Shown: one piece after another, positions 1 through 13,417 of the stretch | Layout of the letters: every line of letters starts with the position of its first letter | Position numbering within the stretch: position 1 is the first letter of the stretch | Assembly: GCF_006345805.1 (NCBI RefSeq) | Contig: NC_043020.1 | Coordinates: 26,350,001-26,414,000, forward strand | DNA length: 64,000 nt | Reading direction: 5' to 3' | From: Octopus sinensis | Lineage: Eukaryota | The notes under the pieces: model-generated | What the model was told of the DNA's origin: nothing | The model's input: only the letters and a program-made list of their open reading frames with translations | Databases searched by the model: none | Program-made: the position numbers and the translations under genes

Positions 1-109
1 GTCTGTAGAATTTGTTCAGCTTTACCATTCCATGTTAAAAGTTGTTTTAATGAGAGATTCCTTCATATGTCTTTCACTTGGTTTGTGTTTTTGTTGCTTT
101 TCTTCTCAA

Positions 110-620
110 TATCTTCGGATGCCTCTTCCTTCTCCATGTTCCTCCCTCTCCTCTTCTCCCCCTCCTCCTCCTCCTCATCATCATCTACATCACAGCATAA
201 CCATCATCATCATCACCACCACCATCATCGTCCTCATCATCATCACCATTTCCACCATCATCACCACCACCACCATCATCATCATTATCCTCATCATCAT
301 CATTTCCACCATCATCACCACCACTGTCATCATCATCATAACTACTACCATCATCATCTACATTAAAGAATAGTTACCATCACCACCACCACCATCATCA
401 TCATATTCATCACCATCTATGCCACACAATAACCATCACCACTATCATAACTATCACCATCAACATTTGCTCCATCATCATCATCATCAGTAGCAGCAGC
501 AGCAGCTCTGGCTGTTGTAATCTTGATGTTGGAGGTAGTAATGTTAAAAAAGACAGAAATGATGACAGGACTGGTGATGATGATGATGACGATGACTACA
601 TTATGATGAGAATGATGACA
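110..620. repeat. (CAT/CAC)n and (GAT)n cryptic trinucleotide microsatellite
   Basis: Directly visible; it explains the poly-His/Ile/Thr ORFs at 32-722. Confidence 0.95.
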
Positions 621-1119
621 ACGATGTTGGTAACTATAGTTCTCATGGTGACAGTGATGCACGCACACACACACATATACATACACACACACACATACAC
701 ACACATATACATACACACACACTTATATTTCTTTCAATAACAAAAACAACCATGACGGTCAAAAATGCAAACAAACTTATTAATATATCTATCAGTCTAT
801 CTGTCTTTCTTTTGTCTCTCTGTCTGTCAGTCTGACCGTCTATATATATCTATCAATCTATATCAATCAATCTATCTATCAGTCTCTACCTGTCGACCTG
901 TGTGTCTGCAGTATATGTGTGTGTGTGTGTAATATAAGGTAAACAGGATATATACATTTATAGATATATACCTTTACATATATCTGTATATATACTTGTC
1001 TAGCTGGCTGGCTGTCTGTCTATCTGTCTGTCTGTCTGTCTGTATGTAGGTATGTCTGTCTGTGTATGTCTATGTATGTATGTATCTATCTTGTGACATT
1101 AATGACCGAGGTTACCATG

Positions 1120-1358
1120 GTCTTTTCCGTAGGCTTTTCTTTCCACAGATAAACCGTATCTGCTTCCCCCTTTACAATTTACATCATGACATTTCTGTGA
1201 TACACGATCCCTGTTGATCATTATTTCTTTACTTTTTTCCTTTTTACAATCCCTTTTGATCAAAAACCTACCCCACTTTTTTTTTCTCCCCAAAAAGAAA
1301 AGCTCTACTTTGCAATTTATCCCGTCTGTGTCCAACCCTGTGTGGCTAATAAAGAAAC
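1120..1358 (+). mobile_element. Interspersed retroelement 3' end fragment followed by (TATC)n; second copy at 22136-22427
   Basis: The two copies align over ~240 bp (ttttc.gtaggcttttc ... aaagctctactttg ... tgtggctaataaagaaac) and each is followed by a TATC-type microsatellite. Superfamily is not determined. Confidence 0.75.
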
Positions 1359-1394
1359 ATGTCTGTCTGTATGTCTATCTGTCTAATGTGTGTA

Positions 1395-1443
<49 letters not shown>

Positions 1444-1703
1444 GTGTATGTCTATCTGCCGTCTATCTATCTGTCTCGGTGTGTATGTCTGTCTGTGTAA
1501 TCTGTGTATGTCTATCTATCTATCTATCTCTCTCTCTGTCTGTCCGTCTGTTTATCTATCATTCTTTCGCTCTGTCTGTCTGTCTGTCTCCATCTCTCTC
1601 TTCATCCATCCAGCCATCCATGCATCATTCTGTCTGTCTGTCTCTGTTACTCTCTCTCTCTCTCTATCTGTATGTCTATCTACCTGTCTATCCGTCAGTC
1701 TGT

Positions 1704-1737
<34 letters not shown>

Positions 1738-2239
1738 GTGTATGTCTATCTATCTATCTGTCTATATATCAAGAGAAAGACACTTGTGCATGCACAAACA
1801 CACACACACATATACACACAATCTTTGGATTCACTTCACATCACAGAAAAAACATTCAGCCGAATCTATTTTTATTGACAAACAAAGCTATAAAAATTAT
1901 AGCTCGTTATAAACACAACACTAATTGTTGACGAACCAAGCAAAAGACTCTCTCTTTTATCATCACATTTCTTGTTGTCATTCTTGTTTTTGTTGTTTCG
2001 ATGTTCTGACCAAAGTACGGCATTATTGACCATTCTCCAAAGCCTGGCATCAATTCACTCGTTTCTGTCTTTTGTTAATTAATTTATTTTGTTCTTTGAT
2101 TTTGTCCTTTTTGATTTTACTTCTTAAAAATGGTATTTTTAGAACTCCTCAGATTGCTTAATTTCGTAATATTTAAAATTTAAAATTCTACCACCACCAC
2201 CACCACCGCCGGCGTCTTCATTAAATACTTCTTTTATTT

Positions 2240-2820
2240 TTTCTTTTACTGGTTTCAGTCATTTGACTGCGGCCATGCTGGAGCGCCACCTTTTAGTTGA
2301 AGAAATCAATCCCAGGATTCGTTCTCTGTAAGCCTAGTACTTATTCTGTCGGTCTCTTTTGCCGAACTGCTATGTTACGGGGGCGTAAACACACCAGCAT
2401 CAGTTGTCAAGAGATGGTGGAGAAGGGACAAACACTGACACAAAGACACACCCACACATATAGTTGAAATTTACAGAAAAACAAAAGATGAAGACAGATA
2501 TTTGAACAAGAAGTAGGTGTATTAGTTTGACACTCGGGAAGGTGAGAAAGTCTTTGACATTTCGAGCCTGTGCTCTTCAACAGAAAGGAGCATGAGTAGA
2601 AAAAACAGAAAGTTCAAAAAGGTTCAAATGTATTGGAGCGATTTTTCGTCAACGGAAAAGTTCAGTGAAATCCATGTGCTTCTTTCAGTTTCTGTCTACC
2701 AAATCCACTCACAAGGTTTTGGTCAGCCCGAGGCTATAGTAGAACACCCTTGCCCTAGGTGGGACTGAACCTAGAATCATGTGGTTGGGAAGCAAGCTTC
2801 TTACCACGCAGTCACTCCTG
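2240..2820 (-). mobile_element. Octopus-type tRNA-derived SINE (family A), split copy
   Basis: Contains family A diagnostic strings ttcagtcatttgactgcggccatgctggagc and caaatccactcacaagg, plus a tRNA-like head (gggactgaacc...accac). Confidence 0.85.
2552..2587 (-). ncRNA. Minimal (Penelope-type) hammerhead ribozyme-like motif, A6U variant
   Basis: Minus strand reads CTTT-CTGTTGA-A-GAGC-ACAG-GCTC-GAAA-TG-TC-AAAG. Stems I and II pair; the core deviates at A6. Confidence 0.6.
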
Positions 2821-3529
2821 CACCTCTCTGCTATCTAAATGTCTACTTTTCCATGCTGGCATGGGTCAGATGGATGAAATCTGAAGAGAGAGAGAGAGAA
2901 AAAAAGGAAGGGAGGGAGAATAAAAATGAAAGAGAGAGAGGGAGAGGCAGGAAGGAAGTGAGAAGGCAAAAGAGAGAAAAGCTTGAATTAATTAAGAAAT
3001 TTTGCCACTTTACAATTATGAGGTGTTGGGTATGACCTTAATTTCGAAGTTTTATCGTTTCACTCATTGGACTAAGGCCATGCTGGAGCAATGCCTCGAA
3101 GGGTTTAGTCCAACAAAATCAACCCTGTTAATTATTTCTTTCTTTTGTTTTTGTTTTACAGTCTGGTAATTATTCTATTGATCAGTTTTGCTGAACCACT
3201 AAGTTATGGGGCTGTAAACAAACCAGAAACTGGTTGTCAAGTGGTGAAAAGGGGAGGGGTAACAAACACAAAGATACGACCCACACACATACACACACAA
3301 TCATGTACACACACATTTTATGTGTTTTTGCTAAGAATCGGTGCATGGTGCCAGTCTTGTGGGTGTTGGTGAAATCAGGTTGATGGAGATTGTGTGGAAT
3401 CCTGTATGATGGATTGTACTCGTCATTGAAAGGTCCATCCACGTCACGTATTGAACTGAGTGAGTCTGGGAAATACTCTGAGTGTTTGTGGAATATTCAA
3501 CAATGGAACTGATGAAAGATCCATGATGC

Positions 3530-3820
3530 CATCATCAACATTATCATCGTTATGATTATCATCATCGTCATCTTCTTCGTCATCATCTTCATCATCATCA
3601 TCATTTCATCATCGTCATCATCTTCATCATCATCATCTTCATCATCATCATCACCGTCATCTTCATCATCATCATCATTGTCATCATCATCAACATCATT
3701 GTCATCTTCCTCATCCTCTTCATCATCATCGTCGTCGTCATCTTCCTCATCATCATCTTCATCATCTTCCTCATCATCATCTTCATCATTGTCATCATCG
3801 TCATCATCATCATCATCTGT
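3530..3820. repeat. (CAT)n microsatellite, the expanded tail of a SINE-like element at ~3820-4040
   Basis: Directly visible; source of the poly-Asp/Ser ORFs. Confidence 0.9.
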
Positions 3821-4349
3821 ACTTGCATGGGTCGGACGAGAGTACACTGGGGTGAATCTTTCTATGGCCAGATACCCTTTATGTTGCCAATCTCCACCTG
3901 TTTCCAGTCTCCCATGAAAAACCTGTCTCACCATGAGGGAAATGTTACCTTGCTTGGAAACAGGTGAGGATTGGTGACAGGGAGGGCATCCAGCTATAGA
4001 AAACTGCCTCAGCAAATTCTGTCTGAGTCAAGCCAACATTAACACAATGATGATGATTGTGTGTGTGTGTTTGCATTTTGTCAGTGAACAGGTCGCGGTC
4101 TCAAAGCGACGAACACATTTTGTCAAATTAAATTTAAATGTTGAAGTGAATCTAAGGGTTTTTTTGTGTGTTTCTTAAATGACTTATAAACACCTTCCAC
4201 GCTGCAATCGTTTTCGTTCCAGCACACGATCTCAGATCAGGTCACTTGCTATGCAAGTACATCTCCGTAATATATATATATGTTCATGCTCATAAAAAGC
4301 AGAAACACACGCAGACACATACTTCGATGAATATCGATGCATGTGTGAA

Positions 4350-5560
4350 TATATCTCTCTATGTGTCTTTCTGCCTGCCTGCCTGTCTATATATGTATCT
4401 GTGTGTGTGTATATATATATATATATATCTGTGTATAAGAATTGTGAATACATTCTCACAAATACATATGCATGCATGCATGTTTATGTTTGTGTGTATG
4501 TGTCCACACGCACACACATACACATGTATAACATAAATGCATACAGAACATGAATATATCCTCTCACACACACACACACACATATACATACATACATACA
4601 TGCTTGCGTTAGTATGCGTATGACCATATAAATTTAACTGTGCAGTTGCCACTATTATATACCACAAACAGGCACATTAATGTCAAAATATGAGGTGAAC
4701 ACATATTTGGCGATTGCCATGGCGACTGTTTCATTCTAATAAGCCAACTTAGAGAATTCAGAAACTAATTTAACACCATTCTTCGCCACCTGCCTATCTT
4801 CCCACTCTCTCTCTCTTTCTCTCTCTCTCCTTCTCTCTCTCTCTTTCTCTCTCTCACTTTTTACGGCTATGAATTTCCAAACTTAACCGTGTTGGTTCCA
4901 TGCTACAAAGCACCACACCTGCCTAATTTCAGCAATTTTGTTAGATGTATGTATGTTTGATGTGTGTGTGTGTATATATATACATATGTGTGTGTGTGTA
5001 TATATATATAATATATATCTGTGTATAAGAATTGTGAATACATTCTCACAAATAAACATGCATGTATGTATGTTTATATTTGTGTGTTGGTGTCTACATG
5101 CACACACATACACATGTATAACATAAATGTATACAGAACATGAATATATCCTCTCACACACACACACACACACATATACATACATACATGTGTGCATGCG
5201 TTAGTATGCGTATGACCATATAAATTTAACTGAGCAGTTGCCACTATTATATACCACAAACAGGCACATTAATGTCAAAATATGAGGTGAACACATATTT
5301 GGCGATTGCCATGGCGACTGTTTCATTCAAATAAGCCAACTTAGAGAATTCAGAAACTAATTTAACACCATTCTTCGCCACCTGCCTATCTTCCCACTCT
5401 CTCTCTCTTTCTCTCTCTCTCCTTCTCTCTCTCTCTTTCTCTCTCTCACTTTTTACGGCTATGAATTTCCAAACTTAACCGTGTTGGTTCCATGCTACAA
5501 AGCACCACACCTGCCTAATTTCAGCAATTTTGTTAGATGTATGTATGTTTGATGTGTGTG
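4350..5560. repeat. Tandem duplication, period 592 bp
   Basis: accacaaacaggcacatt at 4661 and 5253; attgccatggcgac at 4713 and 5305. The unique parts differ by a few SNPs and in microsatellite lengths. Confidence 0.95.
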
Positions 5561-5569
5561 TGTGTATAT

Positions 5570-5578
5570 ATATACATA

Positions 5579-5613
<35 letters not shown>

Positions 5614-5684
5614 GTAAATGTATGTATATGTATGTATGTATAAATATATATGTATGCATATATGTATGTATGTATATATGTAGG

Positions 5685-5718
<34 letters not shown>

Positions 5719-6010
5719 TATATGTATGTATATGTATGTATGTATATATGTATGTATATATATATGTATGTATGTATATATATATGTATGTATGTATGTA
5801 TATATGTATGTATGTATATATATATGTATGTATGTATGTATATATATATGTATGTATGTATGTATATATATATGTATATATGTATGTATGTATATATGTA
5901 TGTATGTATATATATGTATGTATGTATATGTATGTATATATGTATGTATGTATATATATGTATATATGTATGTATGTATATGTATGTATGTATATATGTG
6001 CGTGTGTCTA
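5570..6010. repeat. (TATG/TA)n microsatellite
   Basis: Directly visible. Confidence 0.95.
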
Positions 6011-6066
6011 TATATATATATATTTTTACATACATATATATATTTTGATATCTTTTTACACACATA

Positions 6067-6113
<47 letters not shown>

Positions 6114-6246
6114 TCCATACATATATATATATATATGCTTATAGGTGTATTACATCTGTCTACCTTGCTAGCTATTTCATGTCTGTCTGTCTGTCTCTCT
6201 ATATATGTATGCATGCACACAACACCTACACACATATACGCACACG

Positions 6247-6282
<36 letters not shown>

Positions 6283-6879
6283 CCTACTTATATCTATATA
6301 TACCTGTCACTTCAAACTAATAAGTAATCTTTAAGTGTTCTGTTTGACTTGTCAGCATCAAACACCCACACACGTACACATGCGTATGCACGCACTTGTA
6401 CCGACACATGCACACACACACACACACACCTGTCCTTATCTCTCGCTCACTCTCTCTCTCTCATTCTCACTCTCTCGCTCTCTCATACATTTTATTAATC
6501 TGTTTCCTTACACACTCACAAATACACACGCAGATTTCTATATCTGCTATCTAATTGCATTTATTTCTGTCTGTCTGTCTGTCTGTCCATCTGTCTCCAT
6601 TTATATCTGTGTCAGTGCCTGTCCGTCCGTCCGTCCTCTCTGTCAGTCTATAACATGAATATTACAGACCATTGGCATATTATACCTATATGTATTTAGT
6701 GCACAGGTAAAACAAACAGAAACACACATATATACACATATGTATATATTCATGTATGGACACTGACAAACATTTCATTGCCAAATTGAACAATAATACT
6801 GAAAGATGTCGAAATTGTAATGATATTTGTTTGGCAGCTGATGATGGGTTCTGCTTGTCCGTATTCTTTGTATGATCTT

Positions 6880-7345
6880 TTTCTGTTTTTTTGCATGACT
6901 CGATTGCTTGATTGAAATCATCACTTTGTTGCATGATTATTTGATTACTTGCTTGTGTGATTGATTGATTGCTTGATTGATTGCTTCCTTGATTGCTTGA
7001 CTGCATGACTGATTGCTCATCAAATGGATTGCTTGCTTGTGTGATTGCCTGGTTGTCTTGTTGGTCACTTGCTTGATTGATTGCTTCCTTGATTGCTTGA
7101 TTGAGTCATTGCTTCATTGCATGATTGCTTACTTGCTTGTGTGGTTGCTTTCTTGGTCACTTGCTTGCTTGCTTGGTTACTTGCTTGCTTGGTTACTTGC
7201 TTGCTTTCTTGGTTACTTGCTTGCTTGCTTGGTCACTTGCTAGCTTGCTTGGTCACTTGCTAGCTTGCTTGGTCACTTGTTTGCTCACTTCCTTGATTAA
7301 TACTTGCTAGCTTGCTTTACTTCATTGCTTACTTGATTGACAGAT
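6880..7345. repeat. Degenerate (TTGC/TTGA)n satellite with a ttgcttgcttggtcac higher-order unit
   Basis: Directly visible. Confidence 0.85.
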
Positions 7346-7607
7346 TGTTCAAACGAATGATGATTGATTGCAAGGATTGTCAATTCAGCGATTGTTTGAA
7401 AGTATATAATTGCTCTGCTTTTTCAGAAACTACTGAAGTTAGAAAATCAATAATTTTTCTACGAATAATTGATAAATTAATTTTTTTTTAAACAGTAAAT
7501 ACTTTCTCTATACCTGGCTTTCACTGAATTTGTTTTTTAATGAATTCATTTAGATTATTTACATTATTTACATTTGACGGATATTTGTCCCCATCTTGTT
7601 TGTTGTT

Positions 7608-7650
7608 AACACATTTCAGCTAATATAGCCTCCAGCCTTCATCAGGTGTC
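7608..7650 (-). ncRNA. Degenerate hammerhead-like motif
   Basis: Minus strand reads GACAC-CTGATGA-A-GGCTG-loop-TAGCT-GAAA-T-GTGTT. Core and stems I/II are present; stem III and the cleavage triplet appear deleted. Confidence 0.5.
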
Positions 7651-7849
7651 TTGGGGAAATTTTGAACCTGGGTTCTCATCCCTAAGGTATTTTTCGATGT
7701 TATTATTGTTATTATTATTCAGGTCACTGCCTGGAATTGAACTCAGAATCTTAGGGTTAGTAGCCCATGCTCTTAACCACTACGCCATATAAATTCATTT
7801 AGGTTTAAAAAAAATTATCTTCACTATGCTATAGAATACTGCTTCCCTA

Positions 7850-8480
7850 TACTATTGAACACAGCTATTCTATTTAACAAAAATGCCCAGTACTATTGAA
7901 CACAACTGTTCTATATTACATAGTAGTCCTGTTCTATTAAACATATCTATTGTCTAACAAAACTTACCTGTACTGTTCTATTGAACACAATGTGTCTGTA
8001 CTATAGAACACAGCTGTTATATTTAACATGTGTTCCCTTTACTATTAAGCACAGCTGTCTAATAGTACAGTGGCCCTATTGAATGCAAGTGTCCTAATTT
8101 TCACAATTGCCTTATACTATTACTCACAGCTGTTCTATTAAACACAGCTGCCCTCTATTTTTGAATGCATCTGTTCTATTTAATATAGTTACTCTGTACT
8201 ATTTAAAACAACAGGTGTTATACTATTAAACACAGCTGTTCTATTTAACACAGCAGCCTTGTACTATTGAATGTAGCTATTCTATTTCACACACCTGCCC
8301 TGTACTATTGGTTACAGCTGTTCAATTTAAAACAACAGGCCCTGTACTATTAAACACAACTGTTCTATTTAACAAAATGGCACTGTACTATTAACACTGT
8401 TATTCTACTAACTGGTGTACTATTGAACACAGCAGTCCTAAACTGTTACTAAACACAGCCATAGCTGTTCTGTTCTATAT
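7850..8480. repeat. Degenerate ~30-35 bp minisatellite (tactattgaacacagctgttctatttaaca-like)
   Basis: The tactatt(g/a)aacacagctg motif recurs throughout the interval. Confidence 0.85.
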
Positions 8481-8664
8481 TTAACCTGTTATCGTCATAT
8501 GATAATAGTTAGATACTAGTAATTCAAAAAGAGATACAATTTACTAAAAGATGAAATGGTATAGAAATCTCTATCGGTATCTGGATATACCAATATCTTA
8601 ATAACAGTATTTTTCAGTTATTGATAGTTAATATAGTTAGTAATAATTTATAATCATTACTAAA

Positions 8665-9330
8665 TAGGTGCAGGAGTGGCTGTGTGGTAAGTAGCTTGCT
8701 TACCAACCACATGGTTCCGGGTTCTGTCCCACTGTGTGGAACCTTGGGCAATGAAAGCCTTGTGAGTGGATTTGGTAGATGGAAACTGAAAGAAACCCAT
8801 TGTGTGACCTCGTGTGTACCGTTGGCGAATTTTTTTCCTCTGTCTTCCCTTCTCCTATGTTCCTGAGAAAGAGCTCCGCTTGAAACGTTAAACCCTCCTT
8901 CTTTCCTGAGCGTCCAATAATACTATATTTGTTCCACATCCTCGCGTTGTTGTGCTTTTTGTGCCTTCTTGTTTGGATTAACTATAATATATATATATAT
9001 ATATATATTGGTCTGCTCACTTAGCCAGTGGGGTGACGTCATTTGAAGCGCATTGTGACAAGCAATGTGTAGCAACATCTGATAGCCTGGTCGGTCACGG
9101 TGATATATATATATGTATGTATATGTTTGTGTGTCTCCCCCCATCATCGCTTGACAACCGATGTTGGTGTGTTTATGACCCAGTAAGTTAGCGGTTCGGC
9201 AAAAGAGATCGATAGAATAAGTACTAGGCTTATAAAGAATAAGTCCTGGGGGGGTCGATTTCTTCAACTAAAGGCAGTGGCTCCAGCATGGCCGCAGTCA
9301 AATAACTGAAACAAATGAAAGAATAAAAGA
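8665..9330 (+). mobile_element. Family A SINE interrupted by a hammerhead-bearing short element (~8840-8985) and another insert
   Basis: Head ggtgcaggagtggctgtgtggtaagtagc at ~8666; tail gccgcagtcaaataactgaaac at ~9291-9312. Confidence 0.85.
8859..8893 (+). ncRNA. Mutated minimal hammerhead motif
   Basis: GTTC-CTGAGAA-A-GAGC-TCC-GCTT-GAAA-CG-TT-AAAC; same subfamily as the 59366 copy. Confidence 0.55.
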
Positions 9331-9634
9331 ACATACTTAGTTTAGGCAATAATTGTTAGAGCCACTAAAAGTCTGTATCAGAAGTGATGGTCATATTTGT
9401 ATTGGCGGTTATGATTGTTAGCATTGGCAGTTATTGTAATAGTTAGTATAGGCGGCTACAGTAGTCAGTATTGATTGATATAAATGGCTAGGATTGGTAG
9501 TTATTAATAGTTAGTAGCTGGTAGTTTCAATAGTATTAATGTCTCTAATATTAGTAGTAATAGTAGTAATTCTAGTAATAGTATTGGTACTTGTAATTGT
9601 TAGTATTAATAGCTACAGTATTATTTTATTTGTT

Positions 9635-10200
9635 TCAATTATTTGATTGCGGCCATGCTGGAGCTCTGCCTTTAGTTGAACAAGTTGACCCCCGGATTTA
9701 TTCTTTGTAAGCCTAGTACTTATTGTATCGGTCTCTTTTGCTGAACTGCTGTGTTATGGGGACGTAAACGCACCAACATCGGTTGTCAAGCAATGGTAGG
9801 GAAACGACCATAGACACACAAACATATACACAGACACACATATATATATATATATACACACACATACATACATACACACGACGGGCTTCTTTCAGTTTCC
9901 GTCTACCAAATCCACTCACAAGGCTTTGGTCGTTCTGAGGCTATAGAAGACACTTGCCTAAGGTCCCATGCAGTGGGACTGAACCCGGAACCATGTAGTT
10001 GGTAAGCAAGGTACTTACCACACAGCCACACCCCTGTCTCTGCACAGACGTGATGTGATCTCTGCCCAGTACGATGGGCTTCTTTCTGTTTCCGTCTACC
10101 AAATCTGCTCTCAAAGCTTTAGTGGGCCCGAGGCTATAGTAGAAGACATTTGCCCAAGGTGCCACACAGTGGGACTGAACCTAGAACCATGTGGTTGGTA
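9635..10200 (-). mobile_element. Family A SINE (near full length) plus a second 5' fragment
   Basis: Reverse complement of the family A consensus strings. Confidence 0.85.
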
Positions 10201-11159
10201 ATAATAGTTAGTATTGATGGATATAGTAGTACTGTTGTTTGTACTAGTATTGGTGTCTAAATAGAATTGGTGACTATTGTAGTTAGTTGCTAGTTAATAT
10301 TGGTGGCAATAGCTGTTTGGTTCTTGATTACCTCTGAGGAAGCTGACCTGTGATCAATTCCTTCTAGCCGTGACCACCACCACCACCCTCTTTCATTCAG
10401 ACGGCATGTTTGGGATATAGGACTACATTAGCCAGTGTCGTTCTTTGTGTAATGGGGTCGGGTGTGATTTTGAGGACCCGTTGCGATCTGACTGGTGTTT
10501 TTAGCAGATCGAACGACCGCAGGCAGGCATCTACGGAAGGGAAAGACTCTGTGTGTGTGAAAATCAGTGTTTGTGTGTGTGTGTGTGTGTGTGTTTTGTG
10601 TGTGTGTGTGTGTATGTTTGTGTGTGAGAGAGAGAGAATTAGTTCCGTATTGACAAATAGTAGGTTTGTACCAAAGTGATTCATCATCATCGTCATCATC
10701 ACTACAGTTGTCGTCATCATAATCATTAAACCTACCGTCATTGTCATCATCATCATCGATAAGAAAGGCAGGTAAGATAGACAGGTAGATAGATATAAAC
10801 AGGTACATTGAAAGGTAGACAAGAAATAGAGACAGAAAAAATAGCAGGTGTGTGTGTGTGTATGTAGATGTAGATGCACACGCAGATATTTGTGTGTGTG
10901 TGTGTGTGTGTGTAAAATAGAAAAAAATTGTCGGTACGTGGGTAGGTTTGAATATATATATATGAGAGAGAGAGATATATACACACATATATATAGACAT
11001 ATGCAAACACGTGTAAAGGAGCGGGTTTATAAGGGGACAAGCACACACACAGACCGGGAAACCTAAATACTTGTGCAGATCACTAAATAAATAGAGGAAT
11101 AGCCAGAGTTTGGTAAATTAGATTGGTAAATAAATAACTTTGGTAATACGCAGGTAGTT

Positions 11160-11187
11160 TGATTGGGAGATAGATAGATAGATAGAT

Positions 11188-11222
<35 letters not shown>

Positions 11223-11308
11223 CAGTAATCTACGTTAAAAGATGGACGGGTGGGCGGATAAACTAAGGCATAAATCAAATATAGATATAGATAGAGATAT
11301 AGACAGAC

Positions 11309-11351
<43 letters not shown>

Positions 11352-11470
11352 GGGACGGTTAGATAGGTAGATAGACAGACAGGTAGATAGAAAAAGAGAT
11401 AGATCGATAGATACACAGATAGATAAGTAAATATACATACAGATATAGATAGATAGATAGGCAAATGGAT
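11160..11470. repeat. (GATA/GA)n microsatellite
   Basis: Directly visible. Confidence 0.95.
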
Positions 11471-11613
11471 AGATAGCTTGATAGGTAAAATAGGCAGGTT
11501 GGTAGGCGAAATGGTTGACTAGGTGACTAGTTAGATAGGTAGATGTGAGGAAAGATGGGTGATTCAGATTTGACAGTTATAACACTGAAGTTTGTAATGT
11601 CAATTATGACATG

Positions 11614-11646
<33 letters not shown>

Positions 11647-12120
11647 AGTGCATACCTGTGACTGTCTGATAATGCTACCTTGCATATTATAAAAAAAAAA
11701 TTAGGTATGTGGTCTTTTACAGTCCCATACATACACGCACACATGCGTATATGTAACTCCCCATATATACATATATACACTCACAGATTTATATATATAC
11801 ATACATATATATGAACACACATACGTACACACACACACCTGTACACATACTTCATAAAATATAACCACATCATCATCACACACACACACACATATATATA
11901 TATATTATATATATACACACATATAGATATGAACACATACGTACACACACCACACACAAACAGAAACATGCGCACGTGCGTGTTATATATATATATATAC
12001 ACACACGCATAAGATTTTTATGCAGACACGTGCATACACACACACACGCATTCACATACAAATATATTTATATACATACACTCATTAAGACTACATACAC
12101 GCACATACCTATATATACAT

Positions 12121-12151
<31 letters not shown>

Positions 12152-12766
12152 CACACACATACATATAGACGTATATATAAGCGCATGCGCGTTTGTTTTT
12201 GTATTATCTAACATAAATAAACATTGCATGTATGTATGTATGTGTATGACACAGGATGTGTGCGTGCATTCTACTGTGTGTGTGTGTGTGTGTGTTGTAG
12301 TGTGTCTGTTCGTATCACACAATGTTATACAAATGTGTTTATGTATATATATATATATATATATTTATTGTATACATTTATTCGGATATCTTTTATACAA
12401 CGTGTGTGTGAGATTCAGTATTGATGTTTAGCCCTAGGTCAGCCCTTATCGAGCAGACGTATGATAAAAGGCATTCTAGCCAGGACCACCCTGTCAGTTT
12501 TTTTTTTCCGACGTGCAGGGAATCCAGGGACACACGGGGCAACGCATTCCCTGTTTATTTTAAAAATTTTTATTTATATATATTTTTTTTTTGTAAGACA
12601 ATAAAGGGTGTGATTTCAGAGGGATTTGGTTGCTATTTCTAGCGATCGGACGGTCACTTAGTGGCTTTTCTTATTGACTCGCTTTATACGATGTATACAG
12701 ACACACACACACACATATATATTTAGTGCATGTGACTTCAACGATGTGTGCATATATGTGTGTGTG

Positions 12767-12803
<37 letters not shown>

Positions 12804-12864
12804 TGACTAAACACGGTTTGGCAAGGATGGTGAGGTACCTTGCTAGTCGCTAATTAGTCACAAC

Positions 12865-13152
12865 CATCACTACTACTACTACTGCCGCTTCTATTGCTAC
12901 TACTACTACTTTCTCTCCCTCCCTCCCTACTGCAACCACCATCACTAGTTTTACTGCATCACCTCTACATCCCTTTCTGTCGTTGTTATGTTACCTTTTA
13001 CTACTCCCCCTTCTCAGCTTCCGTCTCTCTCTCACACATACAGACACACGTGTATATATATATATATATATTATATAATATACAAATAAGAAAACGGAAA
13101 ACAAATTCAGTTCATAGTGGGTAATATCCATAACCCCTATCTTACTTAGTAC

Positions 13153-13194
<42 letters not shown>

Positions 13195-13291
13195 ATTATA
13201 TATATATAAAAGTGGTGAGACCGTAGCGGATCTATTTCTAGCATATGGGTGTCCACATAGTAGTTTCCCTCTTTTATATATATATCTCTTA

Positions 13292-13339
<48 letters not shown>

Positions 13340-13383
13340 TTGCTTCTGGTCTAAGTTTTTTGGAATCGTCGCTGATCACACAA

Positions 13384-13417
<34 letters not shown>

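Noticed and set aside
7850-8480. CRISPR-like repeat array
   Set aside because: Eukaryotic context; the repeats are degenerate and lack unique fixed-length spacers.
10330-10375. CTGAGGAAG... as a hammerhead
   Set aside because: No GAAA or complementary stem II downstream.
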